Notes: a model not told the origin generated them from the letters alone. Numbered from the stretch's first letter, positions 30,578-41,493 are shown. The stretch is 64,000 nucleotides of DNA from Candidatus Poribacteria bacterium (GCA_964291315.2 OZ219753.1:1600001-1664000), one strand, 5' to 3'. Translations and numbers: made by a program.

Positions 30578-31579
30578 TTACAACAGCAGCCCCTCAGCTA
30601 TCTGAATAGCATTTAAGGCGGCACCTTTGCGAAGATTATCTGCGACTACCCATAGGTTCAATCCGTTTTCTATAGAGGTGTCCTCCCGGATGCGCCCGAC
30701 GTAAACGTCATCTTTACCTGCGACATCTACTGCGAGTGGGTACTGCTGGTTGCTCGGATCGTCTATAAGTTTCACACCGGGGGCGGCGGCGAGGCGTTCT
30801 CTGGTTTCAGCGGCTGTGAGTTTTTCGTGCGTTTCAACATTTATCGATTCGGAGTGTGCAAAGAAAACGGGGACTCGGACGGTTGTCGCAGAAACGCCGA
30901 TCGTATCATCTTCAAGTATCTTCCGAGTTTCGTTAACCATTTTAACTTCTTCCTCGTTATCGCCGCTGTCTAAGAAGGGCCAATCAAATGCGACATTGAA
31001 TGCCATTTGGTGCGGGAATTTGTCCAAAGTAACGGGGATACCTGCCAGAGCGTCCTTCGTCTGTTGCACCAATTCTGTGACAGCCTTTCCACTTTTCCCG
31101 GAAACGCTCTGATACGTTGAAATGACAATCCGTTTGATACCGACTGCATCATGAATCGGTTTAAGCGCTAGCATCATTTGGATAGTGGAGCAGTTCGGGT
31201 TGGCGATAAGCCCGTTGTGAGTGTGAGCAGTATCCATGTTGACTTCTGGCACTACCAAAGGGGTCGCCGGATCCATGCGGAAGGCACTTGTGTTGTCAAT
31301 GACAAGCGCACCTTTTTGCACGGCTGTTGGAATAAACTCTCGACTAATCGATGCACCCGCTGACGAAAAGACCACGTCTACATCTTCAAACGACTCGTGC
31401 GTTAATTCTTCAACAACAATCGGATCATTTTTAAACGAGAGAATCTCACCGGCGGAGCGATACGATGCCAAAAGTTTCAGGGAGGCGATAGGAAACCCGC
31501 GTTCTTCTAAAATCTGCAACATAGTGTTGCCAACAGCCCCGGTCGCACCTACGATTGCTACACGATAACTTTCATGCAT
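30578..31579 (-). CDS. asd: Aspartate-semialdehyde dehydrogenase
   Basis: GATGAVG, ANPNCSTIQM, TYQSVSG, VRVPVFFAHSE, DNLRKGAALNA. Confidence 0.96.
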   Translation of the reverse strand: MHESYRVAIVGATGAVGNTMLQILEERGFPIASLKLLASYRSAGEILSFKNDPIVVEELTHESFEDVDVVFSSAGASISREFIPTAVQKGALVIDNTSAFRMDPATPLVVPEVNMDTAHTHNGLIANPNCSTIQMMLALKPIHDAVGIKRIVISTYQSVSGKSGKAVTELVQQTKDALAGIPVTLDKFPHQMAFNVAFDWPFLDSGDNEEEVKMVNETRKILEDDTIGVSATTVRVPVFFAHSESINVETHEKLTAAETRERLAAAPGVKLIDDPSNQQYPLAVDVAGKDDVYVGRIREDTSIENGLNLWVVADNLRKGAALNAIQIAEGLLL

Positions 31580-31777
31580 TTTTGATATTGTCCTTTATCT
31601 ATCTGTCTTCCTCAAACAGATCTTTCAGCAAACTTTATTTTTTTATAATATTACCACAAACGTAGCCTTTAAAGCAAATATTTTGGCAAGACGATCGGAA
31701 GAGGTGTGCATCGGAAACTCCGAACAGTAGGGAATTGAGGTAAAAATTCGCTTTAATACAGGTATTTAAAAAAAAAT

Positions 31778-31808
31778 TTGACAAAATTATGGAATGTGTG
31801 GTATTAAT
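31778..31808 (+). promoter_or_regulatory. Putative sigma70 promoter facing a noncoding region
   Basis: A-tract (UP-like), TTGACA at 31778-31783, imperfect TGG-TATTAAT -10. Confidence 0.5.
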
Positions 31809-31811
31809 TTT

Positions 31812-32005
31812 AATGCTCTTCCGTCAAAGTCCATGTGCTTTAGTTTGCGGGCTGTAGACGGAGACCAAGGGTGTTATTGAAAAAAGGCAGACTTAGCTGC
31901 CGTAAGTGGACTAGTTGTCAGACCTCCCGTCAAAGGAAGGAAACCGACTGCAAGGCCACACAAGCCCCTACCTTCAGGTAGTGGGTACTATGATGATATG
32001 TCAAC
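31812..32005 (+). ncRNA. Candidate structured RNA ending in an IS200/IS605 right-end-like hairpin (omega-RNA-like)
   Basis: GACGGAG/CTCCCGTC stem, GGCAG-ACTTAG-CTGCC hairpin, GTAAG, AAGGAAGGAAACC, then CAAGCCCCTACCTTCAGGTAGTGGGTAC...GTCAAC; no ORF. Confidence 0.45.
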
Positions 32006-32174
32006 TTGTTAAATAGCAGATCAGATAGGCGCATTCAGAGCGGCAAAAAATCGCTTGTATAGACTAATTGAATGGCTTCAGTTAGCTAGTTCTGTTTTTT
32101 AAGACAGCATCGGGCTAGTGTTTGATATTTTTGCCCTATAACCCTAGCTAATTTGATACTGATTGCATTTTGTC

Positions 32175-32204
32175 TTGACATAATCTATTTTTGTATAGTA
32201 TAAT
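32175..32204 (+). promoter_or_regulatory. Sigma70 promoter of hup
   Basis: TTGACA-18 nt-TATAAT. Confidence 0.65.
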
Positions 32205-32299
32205 ATAATTACTAATAGTTTTGTTAAATCCAATGTACACTTAAGCTGGGGAGACGTTCGGTCTTCTCACTTGGGTTGAAAATTAGAGGAATATCTAAC

Positions 32300-32584
32300 A
32301 TGGCAAAATTAATGAAGAACGATGTCGTTAGCAGTATTGTTGAGCAGACGGGTCTTACTAAGAAAGACGCGAATGCTGCTGTTGACGCTTTTACTGTGGT
32401 TATTTGTGAAGCGTTGAGCAACGGTGATTCGGTTGGGCTGATCGGTTTTGGCACATTTGAGCCCAAAGAACGCCCCGCCCGCACAGGGCGTAATCCACAG
32501 ACAGGTGAACCGCTCAGCATTCCTGCTAAGACAGTCCCTGTCTTTAAAGCTGGCAAGAAGCTTCGCGACGCTACTGGTTCCTAA
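32300..32584 (+). CDS. hup: DNA-binding protein HU
   Basis: GFGTFE...RTGRNPQTGE...PVFKAGKKL. Confidence 0.95.
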   Translation: MAKLMKNDVVSSIVEQTGLTKKDANAAVDAFTVVICEALSNGDSVGLIGFGTFEPKERPARTGRNPQTGEPLSIPAKTVPVFKAGKKLRDATGS

Positions 32585-32865
32585 TATTAGCGGTTGTTTC
32601 GCTCAATTTTGCGGGAAAGCCGCGCGGTTATGTCCCTCCTCTGACTTGGGATATCCGCGGCTTTTCCCCGTTACATCTGTCAACTATCTCAACGGCTTCT
32701 TATATAGCGGTCGCCCTCATAACATGCCTTAATATCGCCTCGCGGCTATTGCCCCAACTTTTTGTTTGCGTCATTCGTCATTTTTTACGAGGGCATGTGT
32801 CCATTTTCCGTTTGCCAATTCTGTTGTAGACATGCTCGTTACAAACCAATGCAAGGAGACTCGTC

Positions 32866-33915
32866 ATGCTGATTCGATCGAGAGCTCCAGTCCGAATTGA
32901 CTTTGCTGGAGGGTGGAGCGATGTAGCTCTTTTCACCGAGCATTCAAAAGGATTGGTGGTTAACGGAGCAATCAATCGATATGCCTACGCGACTCTCCGT
33001 TGTGAACCTCAAACAACACAGGATGATTTGGTTAAACTGCAGCGGGTTATAGATAAAAGTATTCGTATCTATTCTGCAGATTTTGATACTTTCATTGAGG
33101 CCGATGATGTCCGCCAACTCGAATATGATGGGAACATCGATTTGGTAAAAGCGGCGGTTCGGAGAATGTCTGTCCAGATCGGCGGGTTTGACCTGATCAC
33201 GCAATCGAACGCTCCTCCGGGTAGTGGATTAGGAACTTCGGCGGCAATGGGCGTTGCACTTGTCAGTGTCCTCGGCGCGCTGAAAGAATCAACGGCTCTG
33301 CCTTATGAATACGCCGAGCTTGCTAGCGCAATCGAGCGCCATGAGCTCGGCATACTCGGCGGAAAGCAGGACCATTACGCGAGCGCCTTGGGCGGTATCC
33401 AATTCATGGAATTTCAAGGTGAAGAGGTCAAAGCCTCCGCGCTGAAACTCCCCACCCACGTTCTGCATGAGCTCGAAAAAAACCTTGTACTCTGTTATAC
33501 CGGGAAATCGAGGCTCTCTGGTGACATCCATCAGAATGTGATAGATGCTTATAACAGCGCGGATCCAAGCGTCCGAGATGCATTAGAAACCCTCAAAGCC
33601 ACGGCTGATGCCACAAAGCGAGCGCTTATGCGTGGCAGACTCACCGACTTCGGCGAACTCCTCACTCAAAACTGGTTCAATCAGAAAAAACTGCATCCGT
33701 CTGTTACAAATGAACGGATTGAGAATCTGTTTAGAATCGCGACGACGCACGGGGCGATTGGCGGGAAAGCTTGTGGTGCCGGTGGCGGCGGATGTCTCCT
33801 GTTTTATTGCCAACCCACCCGCGAACACAGTGTGCATCAGAAACTTGAAGACGCCGGCGCACATGTTATAGATGTTAATTTTGATGCTGATGGACTTCAA
33901 ATGTGGAGGATTTAG
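32866..33915 (+). CDS. GHMP kinase, D-glycero-alpha-D-manno-heptose-7-phosphate kinase (HddA-like)
   Basis: APVRIDFAGGWSD, PPGSGLGTS, GGKQDHY, GGKACGAGGGG. Confidence 0.85.
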   Translation: MLIRSRAPVRIDFAGGWSDVALFTEHSKGLVVNGAINRYAYATLRCEPQTTQDDLVKLQRVIDKSIRIYSADFDTFIEADDVRQLEYDGNIDLVKAAVRRMSVQIGGFDLITQSNAPPGSGLGTSAAMGVALVSVLGALKESTALPYEYAELASAIERHELGILGGKQDHYASALGGIQFMEFQGEEVKASALKLPTHVLHELEKNLVLCYTGKSRLSGDIHQNVIDAYNSADPSVRDALETLKATADATKRALMRGRLTDFGELLTQNWFNQKKLHPSVTNERIENLFRIATTHGAIGGKACGAGGGGCLLFYCQPTREHSVHQKLEDAGAHVIDVNFDADGLQMWRI

Positions 33916-33935
33916 AGCTATTAAACCCAAAAAAT

Positions 33936-34952
33936 ATGAAAAATAGTATGCTAGCCCCGGAAGCCGCAACCGATATAGAGGTCGCTGAAACGTTAAAAAC
34001 GGCAAGAGAAAATATCCTAACCGAGCTCAAGAAACGCATTATTGGACAAAACGAAGTCATCGAGCAGCTCCTTATCGCCCTCTTTTCTCAGGGACACTGT
34101 TTACTCGTGGGGGTGCCGGGGCTCGCCAAAACACTTCTAATTAGCACCTTCGCACAGATTCTGAAGCTTCCTTTCAACCGTATCCAATTTACACCAGATC
34201 TGATGCCCTCTGACATCATCGGCACCGATATTATTGAGGAAGATGGAACGGGGAAACGATCCTTCCGCTTTATCCAGGGGCCTGTGTTTGCTAATATTGT
34301 TCTCGCCGATGAGATCAACCGCACGCCCCCCAAAACACAAGCCGCACTTTTACAAGCGATGCAAGAATATCAGGTCACCGCAGGCGGTAGAACGTATGCC
34401 CTGGAACGTCCTTTTTTTGTTTTAGCCACGCAAAACCCGATCGAACAAGAAGGGACCTACCCGCTCCCTGAGGCACAACTTGATCGGTTCATGTTTCATA
34501 TCACCCTCGATTATCCCGACAAAGATGCAGAAAAAGAAATTGTGCTAACGACAACAGCTGCTTATGAACCGGACATAGACGCGGTTATCACTGGCGAAGA
34601 GGTTTTACAAATACAGCAGGTCATCCGAAAAGTGCCTATTGCTGAGGCGGTTGTAGAGTACGCTGTGGAATTGAATCGACACACACGTCCTATTCCAGGA
34701 GCCCTTGATTTCGTTCAGGATTGGGTTCAATGGGGCGCAGGCCCGCGAGCATCACAATATCTTGTTCTCGGGGCAAAAGCACGCGCCCTGCTCAACGGAC
34801 GCTACCATGTCGCTTATGAGGATATTAAGGCTGTCGCGATTCCTGTGCTACGCCACCGAATTTTGACGAATTTCAATGCCGAGGCCGATGGTATCACGAG
34901 TTTGGACATTATCAATAGGTTATTGGAAAACGTCGAACCACCGGTGCAATGA
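33936..34952 (+). CDS. MoxR family AAA+ ATPase (start codon uncertain)
   Basis: GVPGLAKT, RIQFTPDLMPSD, LADEINR, ATQNPIEQEGTYPLPEAQLDRF. Confidence 0.93.
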   Translation: MKNSMLAPEAATDIEVAETLKTARENILTELKKRIIGQNEVIEQLLIALFSQGHCLLVGVPGLAKTLLISTFAQILKLPFNRIQFTPDLMPSDIIGTDIIEEDGTGKRSFRFIQGPVFANIVLADEINRTPPKTQAALLQAMQEYQVTAGGRTYALERPFFVLATQNPIEQEGTYPLPEAQLDRFMFHITLDYPDKDAEKEIVLTTTAAYEPDIDAVITGEEVLQIQQVIRKVPIAEAVVEYAVELNRHTRPIPGALDFVQDWVQWGAGPRASQYLVLGAKARALLNGRYHVAYEDIKAVAIPVLRHRILTNFNAEADGITSLDIINRLLENVEPPVQ

Positions 34953-35120
34953 ACCGGGGTTTTAGACAAAGTGATGCGTTCCAGGGAGAGTCTGAACCTG
35001 GACAATGGGCAAGCAAACCGTTTCAGTCAAACAGGGAGCCGATTCTCAAGCCCCGTATTGCGTCTAGGATGGGCCATTTCCTATTGCCGGTGGAGGCCGG
35101 TTTCATGGCATAGAAAAGAT

Positions 35121-36500
35121 ATGAAAATTGCAATTATAGGAACAGGATACGTCGGTTTGACTACGGCTGTCGTACTCGCCTACCTGAATCACGATGTAGC
35201 CGCAGTAGATAAGGACGAAAACAGACTCAACCGCTTGCTAGAAGGGAAAAGCCCCATTCATGAACCGGGCATTCAGAGACTTCTTGAAGATGTCCGACAC
35301 ACCCTTCGTTTTACGTCAAACGTCGCTGATGTGGTTCCCGATGCAGAACTAATCCTAATTGCTGTCGGGACACCCCAGAGAAAAAATGGTGAAGCCGACA
35401 CGCAGCATGTTGAACAGGCTGCAAGAGAGGTCGCCCACGTCTGTTTGCCCGATAGACACTATACGCTTGTCGTTAAGTCCACGGTTCCCATCGGCACAAA
35501 TCGGCGCGTTGCTAAGGTCGTCGATTCAGTTTTTTCGGCGCGCGGTATTCACGGGGATATCTCTGTGGCTTCAAACCCCGAGTTCTTACAAGAAGGATTA
35601 GCCTTACAAGGCGCATTGTACCCAGATCGGATTGTAGTCGGGGCAGATAGCGAGGAAGCCGTTGACACATTACGCCGTCTTTATAAACCGATTCTCGAAC
35701 AAACGTTCGATGCCCCGAGCGAATTTCCACGCCCGGCGGCTTACCATCTGCCACCGATGATGACAACGGATCCAAACAGCGCAGAGATGATTAAATACGC
35801 TGCGAACACGTTCCTCGCCCTTAAAATTAGTTTTATCAACGAAATTGCAGGGCTCTGTGAGGACGTAGGCGCCGATGTAACGGAGGTGGCACGCGGTATT
35901 GGGCTTGACGCTCGGATCGGCAACCGATTCCTTCAAGCCGGACTCGGCTGGGGCGGCAGCTGCTACCCAAAAGATACCGCGGCACTGTTAGGGGTCGCAT
36001 CTCAAGCAGGATACGCGATGCCGATCACGGAGGCTGTACGCACTGTTAATTTCCGACAGCGCGAACGTATCATTGAAAAATTGCGCACAGCGCTGCAGAC
36101 GCTCAACGGTAAGACTGTCGGTATCCTTGGACTCGCCTTCAAACCTAACACCGATGACGTTAGAGAAGCCCCCTCGCTCGACATTATTCGAGCACTCGTT
36201 TCTGAAGGCGCAACCGTCCGCGCACATGACCCCATCGCTATTGAAAATGCGCGCCGCGCTTTGAGGGGAAGAGGGTCACCGGTTAATTCCGCTCTACATT
36301 TCATCGAAGATATAGATAAACTCGCTTACGATGCAGATGCGTTAGTGCTTATCACCGAATGGGAACACTACCACAGGCTTCAACTCCGCAAACTTGCGAA
36401 ACAGATGCGGACCGCAATTCTCATCGACGGGCGCAACGTTTATTCTCCCAAGGAAGCGAGAGCTGCCGGTTTTTATTACATCGGAGTCGGTAGAATTTAA
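35121..36500 (+). CDS. ugd: UDP-glucose 6-dehydrogenase
   Basis: IGTGYVG, KSTVP, SNPEFL, GWGGSCYPKD, AFKPNTDDVRE. Confidence 0.92.
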   Translation: MKIAIIGTGYVGLTTAVVLAYLNHDVAAVDKDENRLNRLLEGKSPIHEPGIQRLLEDVRHTLRFTSNVADVVPDAELILIAVGTPQRKNGEADTQHVEQAAREVAHVCLPDRHYTLVVKSTVPIGTNRRVAKVVDSVFSARGIHGDISVASNPEFLQEGLALQGALYPDRIVVGADSEEAVDTLRRLYKPILEQTFDAPSEFPRPAAYHLPPMMTTDPNSAEMIKYAANTFLALKISFINEIAGLCEDVGADVTEVARGIGLDARIGNRFLQAGLGWGGSCYPKDTAALLGVASQAGYAMPITEAVRTVNFRQRERIIEKLRTALQTLNGKTVGILGLAFKPNTDDVREAPSLDIIRALVSEGATVRAHDPIAIENARRALRGRGSPVNSALHFIEDIDKLAYDADALVLITEWEHYHRLQLRKLAKQMRTAILIDGRNVYSPKEARAAGFYYIGVGRI

Positions 36501-36521
36501 CACCCTACTGACGATATAGAC

Positions 36522-37085
36522 ATGTTTGAACAGCCCCAACCTCTCGATGCCAACTGGCCTCGATACTGTCCACAAAAGCCTTTTCCTCCGTATCGGCACA
36601 TACCCGGTACCACGCCGCATCCGATACGTGATCCGCGCGGTCACAGCTATGGGATCCAAGAATCCGATGACGCTGAGCTTCTCCCGCCAGAACTCTGGCA
36701 GCAAAATCCGGACTATCTCTACGGGGTAGACCTGTACAACTTTTCATATTGGTGGGAAGCCCATGAGGCGTGGGAAGGGTTGTGGCATCAAGCGGAAGAT
36801 GCTTACCGTCTCTTTCTCCAAGGGTTAATACAGGTTTCAGCGGCGTTAATTAAGCATCATATGCGCATGCTGCGCCCCCTGCGTACCCTTTCTACTGCCG
36901 GACGAGACAAGATCAGACAGGTTGTGGTTGAATCTGACAATGCGTTGGAAAGTTACATGGGGATCGACCTCCCGGCGTTCCTAGAAACCGCTGACGCGTT
37001 TTTCAGGCCCTTCTTCGCTGAGAGGGTCACAGAAGCCACGTATCAGCTGAACACCGTTAAGCCGCTGATACTGCTGACGAATTGA
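36522..37085 (+). CDS. DUF309 domain protein
   Basis: YWWEAHEAWEGLW...LQGLIQVSAALIKH. Confidence 0.85.
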   Translation: MFEQPQPLDANWPRYCPQKPFPPYRHIPGTTPHPIRDPRGHSYGIQESDDAELLPPELWQQNPDYLYGVDLYNFSYWWEAHEAWEGLWHQAEDAYRLFLQGLIQVSAALIKHHMRMLRPLRTLSTAGRDKIRQVVVESDNALESYMGIDLPAFLETADAFFRPFFAERVTEATYQLNTVKPLILLTN

Positions 37086-37128
37086 TGTGCCTTAGCCGCC
37101 TCGCTATTTTTCTTCTGAGGAAAGCAAC

Positions 37129-37419
37129 ATGCCGACGTTTGGCCCTTTTCTCATCTTCAGTCTTTTCTGCTTTTTTCTAGTTTTGTTGCTGTTTGTGCTC
37201 TTGAAGATAGGGGCGTATTTTGGTAAGAGCGATGTTGATGAATTGCGTGCTGTGCGGTGTCCGCAATGTGAAACCCGAAGGAAACCTGAGAAGACGGGTG
37301 CTGTCAGAAATCTCGTTGAGCTTGAGATGCGCTGTCCGCGGTGTGGATACATCTCCTGGGATGTACCGCCGAAGACGAACCTTTCGGCACGCCCAACTGA
37401 GCGCACCAACATGCAGTGA
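37129..37419 (+). CDS. Small membrane-anchored protein with CxxC...CxxC zinc ribbon
   Basis: N-terminal TM helix; CPQC and CPRCG; GAGGA upstream. Confidence 0.55.
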   Translation: MPTFGPFLIFSLFCFFLVLLLFVLLKIGAYFGKSDVDELRAVRCPQCETRRKPEKTGAVRNLVELEMRCPRCGYISWDVPPKTNLSARPTERTNMQ

Positions 37420-37553
37420 AGCCAGGTTACGCTACACTGCAAAGACGCAGTCAGTCTCATTGCACAACCGATCAGGTTATACTAAAAAACAGTGTTGAAA
37501 GCCATTCCCTTATCGTGTATAATGTGTGAAAACGAATGAATAGGAGAACGTCC

Positions 37554-40500
37554 ATGCTTCATCGAGAACAGATCCTTGAATATCTCAGAGCGGCTAACTT
37601 TAGCACCCTCTTCACCCAAGCACTCGGTTGGGATCACTACACACAGACACTGAATGTCAACGTAGACACCACCGAGTGGCACCTCTCCGCAGTCGCAGAG
37701 AAACGCGGCATGATCGTCTTTGAATGCCACGCAACAGACGCAGATGAACAACTCCCAAATTATGCGCTGCGCCGGAAGATCCAGCAGCAAGTCGCACGCT
37801 CTGCGCATGAGCATATTATCATCTACACGGATGCCGAGAGGACAACGCAGCTCTGGCAGTGGGTCAGACGAGAGCCGGGCAAGCCGGATGCGTGCCGAGA
37901 ACACCGGTATCACACGGCACAATCGGGGGAGTCGCTGATACAAAAGTTAGAGCCGATCGCCTTCAGTCTTGACGAAGAAGCCGAACTGACGCTCTCTGAT
38001 GTGACAGGGCGCGTCGGAAGTGCGTTCTATGCGGAGCGGGTGACCAAGAAGTTTTACGATCGCTTCAAGCGAGAGCAGACGGCGTTCTTATCCTTCCTCA
38101 CGGGCATCCCGGATGCCGAGGTGCAGCGCGCGTATGTCTCTATCCTGCTGAATCGGCTGATGTTCATCTATTTCATTCAGAAGAAGGGGTTCCTCAACAA
38201 TGACCCAGACTATCTGCGGCACACGTTGACGGAGACGCAAAAGAGTGGCAGCGACCGGTACTATAGAGCGTTTCTCTGTCCGCTGTTCTTTGAAGGGTTC
38301 GCAAAGCCGGAGGCGGAACGGAGCAGAGCTGTGGTCGGGCTCCTCGGGGATGTGCCGTATCTCAACGGCGGTATCTTTGAGCAGCACGCCATAGAGACAC
38401 ATCACGGGGAGCATATTCAGATCCCGGATGCGGCGTTTGAGCAGCTCTTCGGTTTCTTTGATGAGTATCAGTGGCATTTGGACGATCGCCCGTTGAAAAA
38501 CGACACGGAGATCAACCCGGATGTGCTGGGATATATCTTTGAGAAATACATCAATCAGAAGCAGATGGGTGCTTATTATACTAAGGAAGACATCACCGAG
38601 TATATCAGCAAAAACACGATTATTCCGTTCCTCTTTGATGCGGCGCGTCGGTCGTGTGAGATAGCGTTTGTGGCGGATGGTGCGGTGTGGCAGCTGCTGC
38701 GAGATGCCCCGGAGCGCTATATTTACCCGGCTGTGAGCAAAGGTGCTGTGTTAGAGCTGCCGTCTAACATCGCTGCAGGGGTTGCGGATGTCTCTAAGCG
38801 CACGGATTGGAACACCGTTGCACCTTCCGAGTATGCCTTGCCGACAGAGATATGGCGGGAAGTCGTTAGTAGGCGGCAACGCTACGAGACGCTGCGTGCG
38901 AAGCTGGTGAACGGAGACATCGAGAGCATCAACGATCTGATTACTTACAACCTGAATATCCGCCAGTTCGCACAAGATGTAATCGCAGGCTGTGAGGGTC
39001 CTGAGCTGCTGCGTGCGTTTTGGCAGGCGATCAGACACATCAGCATCCTGGATCCGACGTGTGGCTCGGGAGCGTTCTTGTTTGCTGCCGTGAATATCCT
39101 CGTGCCGCTCTATGAGGCGTGCCTCGACCGAATGCAAGCCTTCCTTGACGACGCAGGGGCCGGCCGGAGATACACCGACTTCCGAGAGACGCTTGATCGT
39201 ATAGAGCAGCATCCGAACAGAGCCTATTTTATCCTCAAGTCTATTGTGATAAATAACCTCTACGGTGTGGACATCATGGCGGAGGCGGTTGAAATCTGTA
39301 AGCTCCGGCTCTTTCTGAAGATGGTCTCACAGATTGAAGATGTGCGACAGATAGAACCGTTGCCGGACATCGACTTCAACATTCAGTCGGGAAATAGTCT
39401 CGTCGGGTTCTCAACGTATGATACGGTAGAGCGAGCGGTGACGGGCAAGCTGGACTTTGACGGCACGATGCGGCGGCTTCGGGAGAAGGCGGAGGATGTG
39501 GATGCGTTGTTCCAAGCGTTTCGCAGGCAACAGACGGCGTTAGGCGGGGTCGTGACGCGTGCGGATAAGCAGGCATTACAGAGCAGACTGGATACTTTAG
39601 AAGCCGAGTTGAACATCTATCTTGCGGGTGAGTATGGCGTGAACACTTCACATAATATAAGCGGGGGGGGTAATCACAGATTACCACAAATGGCTTGACA
39701 CGCATAAGCCCTTCCACTGGTTCATCGCTTTCTACGGCATACTCAAAGACGGGGGCTTTGATGTTATCATTGGAAACCCGCCTTATGTAGAATATAGCAA
39801 AGTCAAAAAGAATTACACAGTAAAGGGATACGAAACCGATAAGTGCGGCAACCTATATGCTTATGTGTTAGAACGCGCAGCATGCCTTAGCTCGGGAAGA
39901 GTAGGGTGGATCGTTCCGATTTCTTGGATTTCCACCAACAGAATGGATCCTGCTCGCCGTGTCGTTACTGAGGCACATCCGATGCTACACATAAACAATC
40001 ATGCGGATCGTCCAGCATCGTTGTTCAGTGGCGTGCACCAAAAACTTACTATTGTATTGGGTGCCAAAGATCGGCGCGCCATTCACACCACTGAATTTTG
40101 TCGTTGCTACTCTCAAAAAGGGGAAAACGAACATCTATTTAGCACCCTTACGTATCACCTATTGGACTGGGACGGCGGTGTCATACGGAAATTCTCACAT
40201 GATATAGAAGCGGATATATTCCGAAAAATCGCCCAACAATCCAGCCCCATAACTGCGTTCATATCTACTCAACGGACGAACAACGCTCGCCCATTTTACC
40301 TCAATCATAGACTGATGATGTGGGTAAAGTGTTTTCTGGCCCCCAAGAAATCAAGTGAATACAAAACCTACCATCCTACTGCGGAATTCTTGGCTGAAGA
40401 GTTGTCTGCCGTTTTCAATTCTACTCTGTTCTTCTGGTTTTGGGAGACAAAGGGAGATTGTTGGCATTTGACTAAAGGGGATATGGACAATTTTCATATT

Positions 40501-40752
40501 GACCTTGATCAATTCTCTGATACCAACCGGAAATCTCTCATCCAATTAGGCAAAACCCTAGAGCTACATTTGGAGGAGAACAAGGAATATGTCGGCACGA
40601 AACAGACAGATTACGCGTACTATCATAGAAAATCCAAGCACATTATAGACGAAATAGACCGTGTGCTTGCCAAACACTACGGTTTTACAGCGGAAGAGTT
40701 AGACTTCATCATCAACTATGCGATCAAATATCGGATTGGTTTGAGGGATTGA
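37554..40752 (+). pseudogene. Gamma-class (Eco57I-like) adenine methyltransferase, frameshifted at G8 tract 39663-39670
   Basis: First frame: GAYYT, ILDPTCGSGAFL, LYGVDI, GNSL, stop at 39698. The +1 frame continues DYHKWLDTHKPFHWF...GFDVIIGNPPYVEY through the specificity region to 40752. Confidence 0.85.
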
Positions 40753-40925
40753 CGTAGCGGAGCTACGTTCTCCGGTTTATTCGTGCCAAGCCACATCAAT
40801 AAGCGCTTTGCCGATGCACAGGGGTGGTATCGCTGTTGTTTGGCTGTTTTGCATGTGCGTATACGCTTATTTTGGCTTGACACTAGGGTGCTGATATGGT
40901 TAACTATGCTAAAAGGAGACCGCCG

Positions 40926-41351
40926 ATGAAACCTATTCTTGCATTGATACTCTTGTGTGCATTCGGATTGCCAGCGTTTGCGGAGTTAACAGATATCGAT
41001 GTTGACAAAATCCGCCTGCTTATCAATGAAGAACTCAAAGAAGAACTCAAACCGATAAAAGCGGACATCGGGATGCTAAAGACCGAGGCGGCGGTAATCC
41101 GAACAGAAATCCAGCATCTGAAAGCGGTTATCGCAAACAGCTTGGAAGCGAATCAAAAGAACTTTGATCGGCAAAACAAGATTATTATTGCGTGCATCGG
41201 TATTCCGTTGGCGATTCTCGCTATCGGTGGGACGGTGTGGGGCATCTTAGCAAACAGAAGGATCCGCAAGGATCAGACCCTCGAGAGGCAGGTTCAGACG
41301 CTTACAGAAGAACTCGAAGCCATGAAACGGCAACAGATCGTCCGCCCCTAA
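40926..41351 (+). CDS. Signal peptide - coiled coil - TM - coiled coil protein, paralogue 1
   Basis: AAGGAG RBS; MKPILALILLC...; TM IIIACIGIPLAILAIGGTVWGIL. Confidence 0.8.
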   Translation: MKPILALILLCAFGLPAFAELTDIDVDKIRLLINEELKEELKPIKADIGMLKTEAAVIRTEIQHLKAVIANSLEANQKNFDRQNKIIIACIGIPLAILAIGGTVWGILANRRIRKDQTLERQVQTLTEELEAMKRQQIVRP

Positions 41352-41493
41352 CGGTTGCATTCTACGGGCTTCGGCAACGGCCAGCGTTGGTATCGCTGCT
41401 GTTTGGCTGCTTTGTGTGTTGGTTGGTATACGTTTATTTCGGCTTGACACTAGGGTGCTGATATGGTTAACTATTTGTAAAAGGAGACCGCCG

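Noticed and set aside
31580-32000. Lysine or SAM riboswitch upstream of asd-mtnK; 6S RNA
   Set aside because: No L-box or S-box consensus on the minus strand; the ends of the plus-strand element do not pair into a 6S-like rod by eye (a CM search should confirm)
34955-35115. N-terminal extension of ugd (ORF from 34971) or a structured element there
   Set aside because: Family homology starts at MKIAIIG (35121); no convincing motif or second copy of the intergenic sequence
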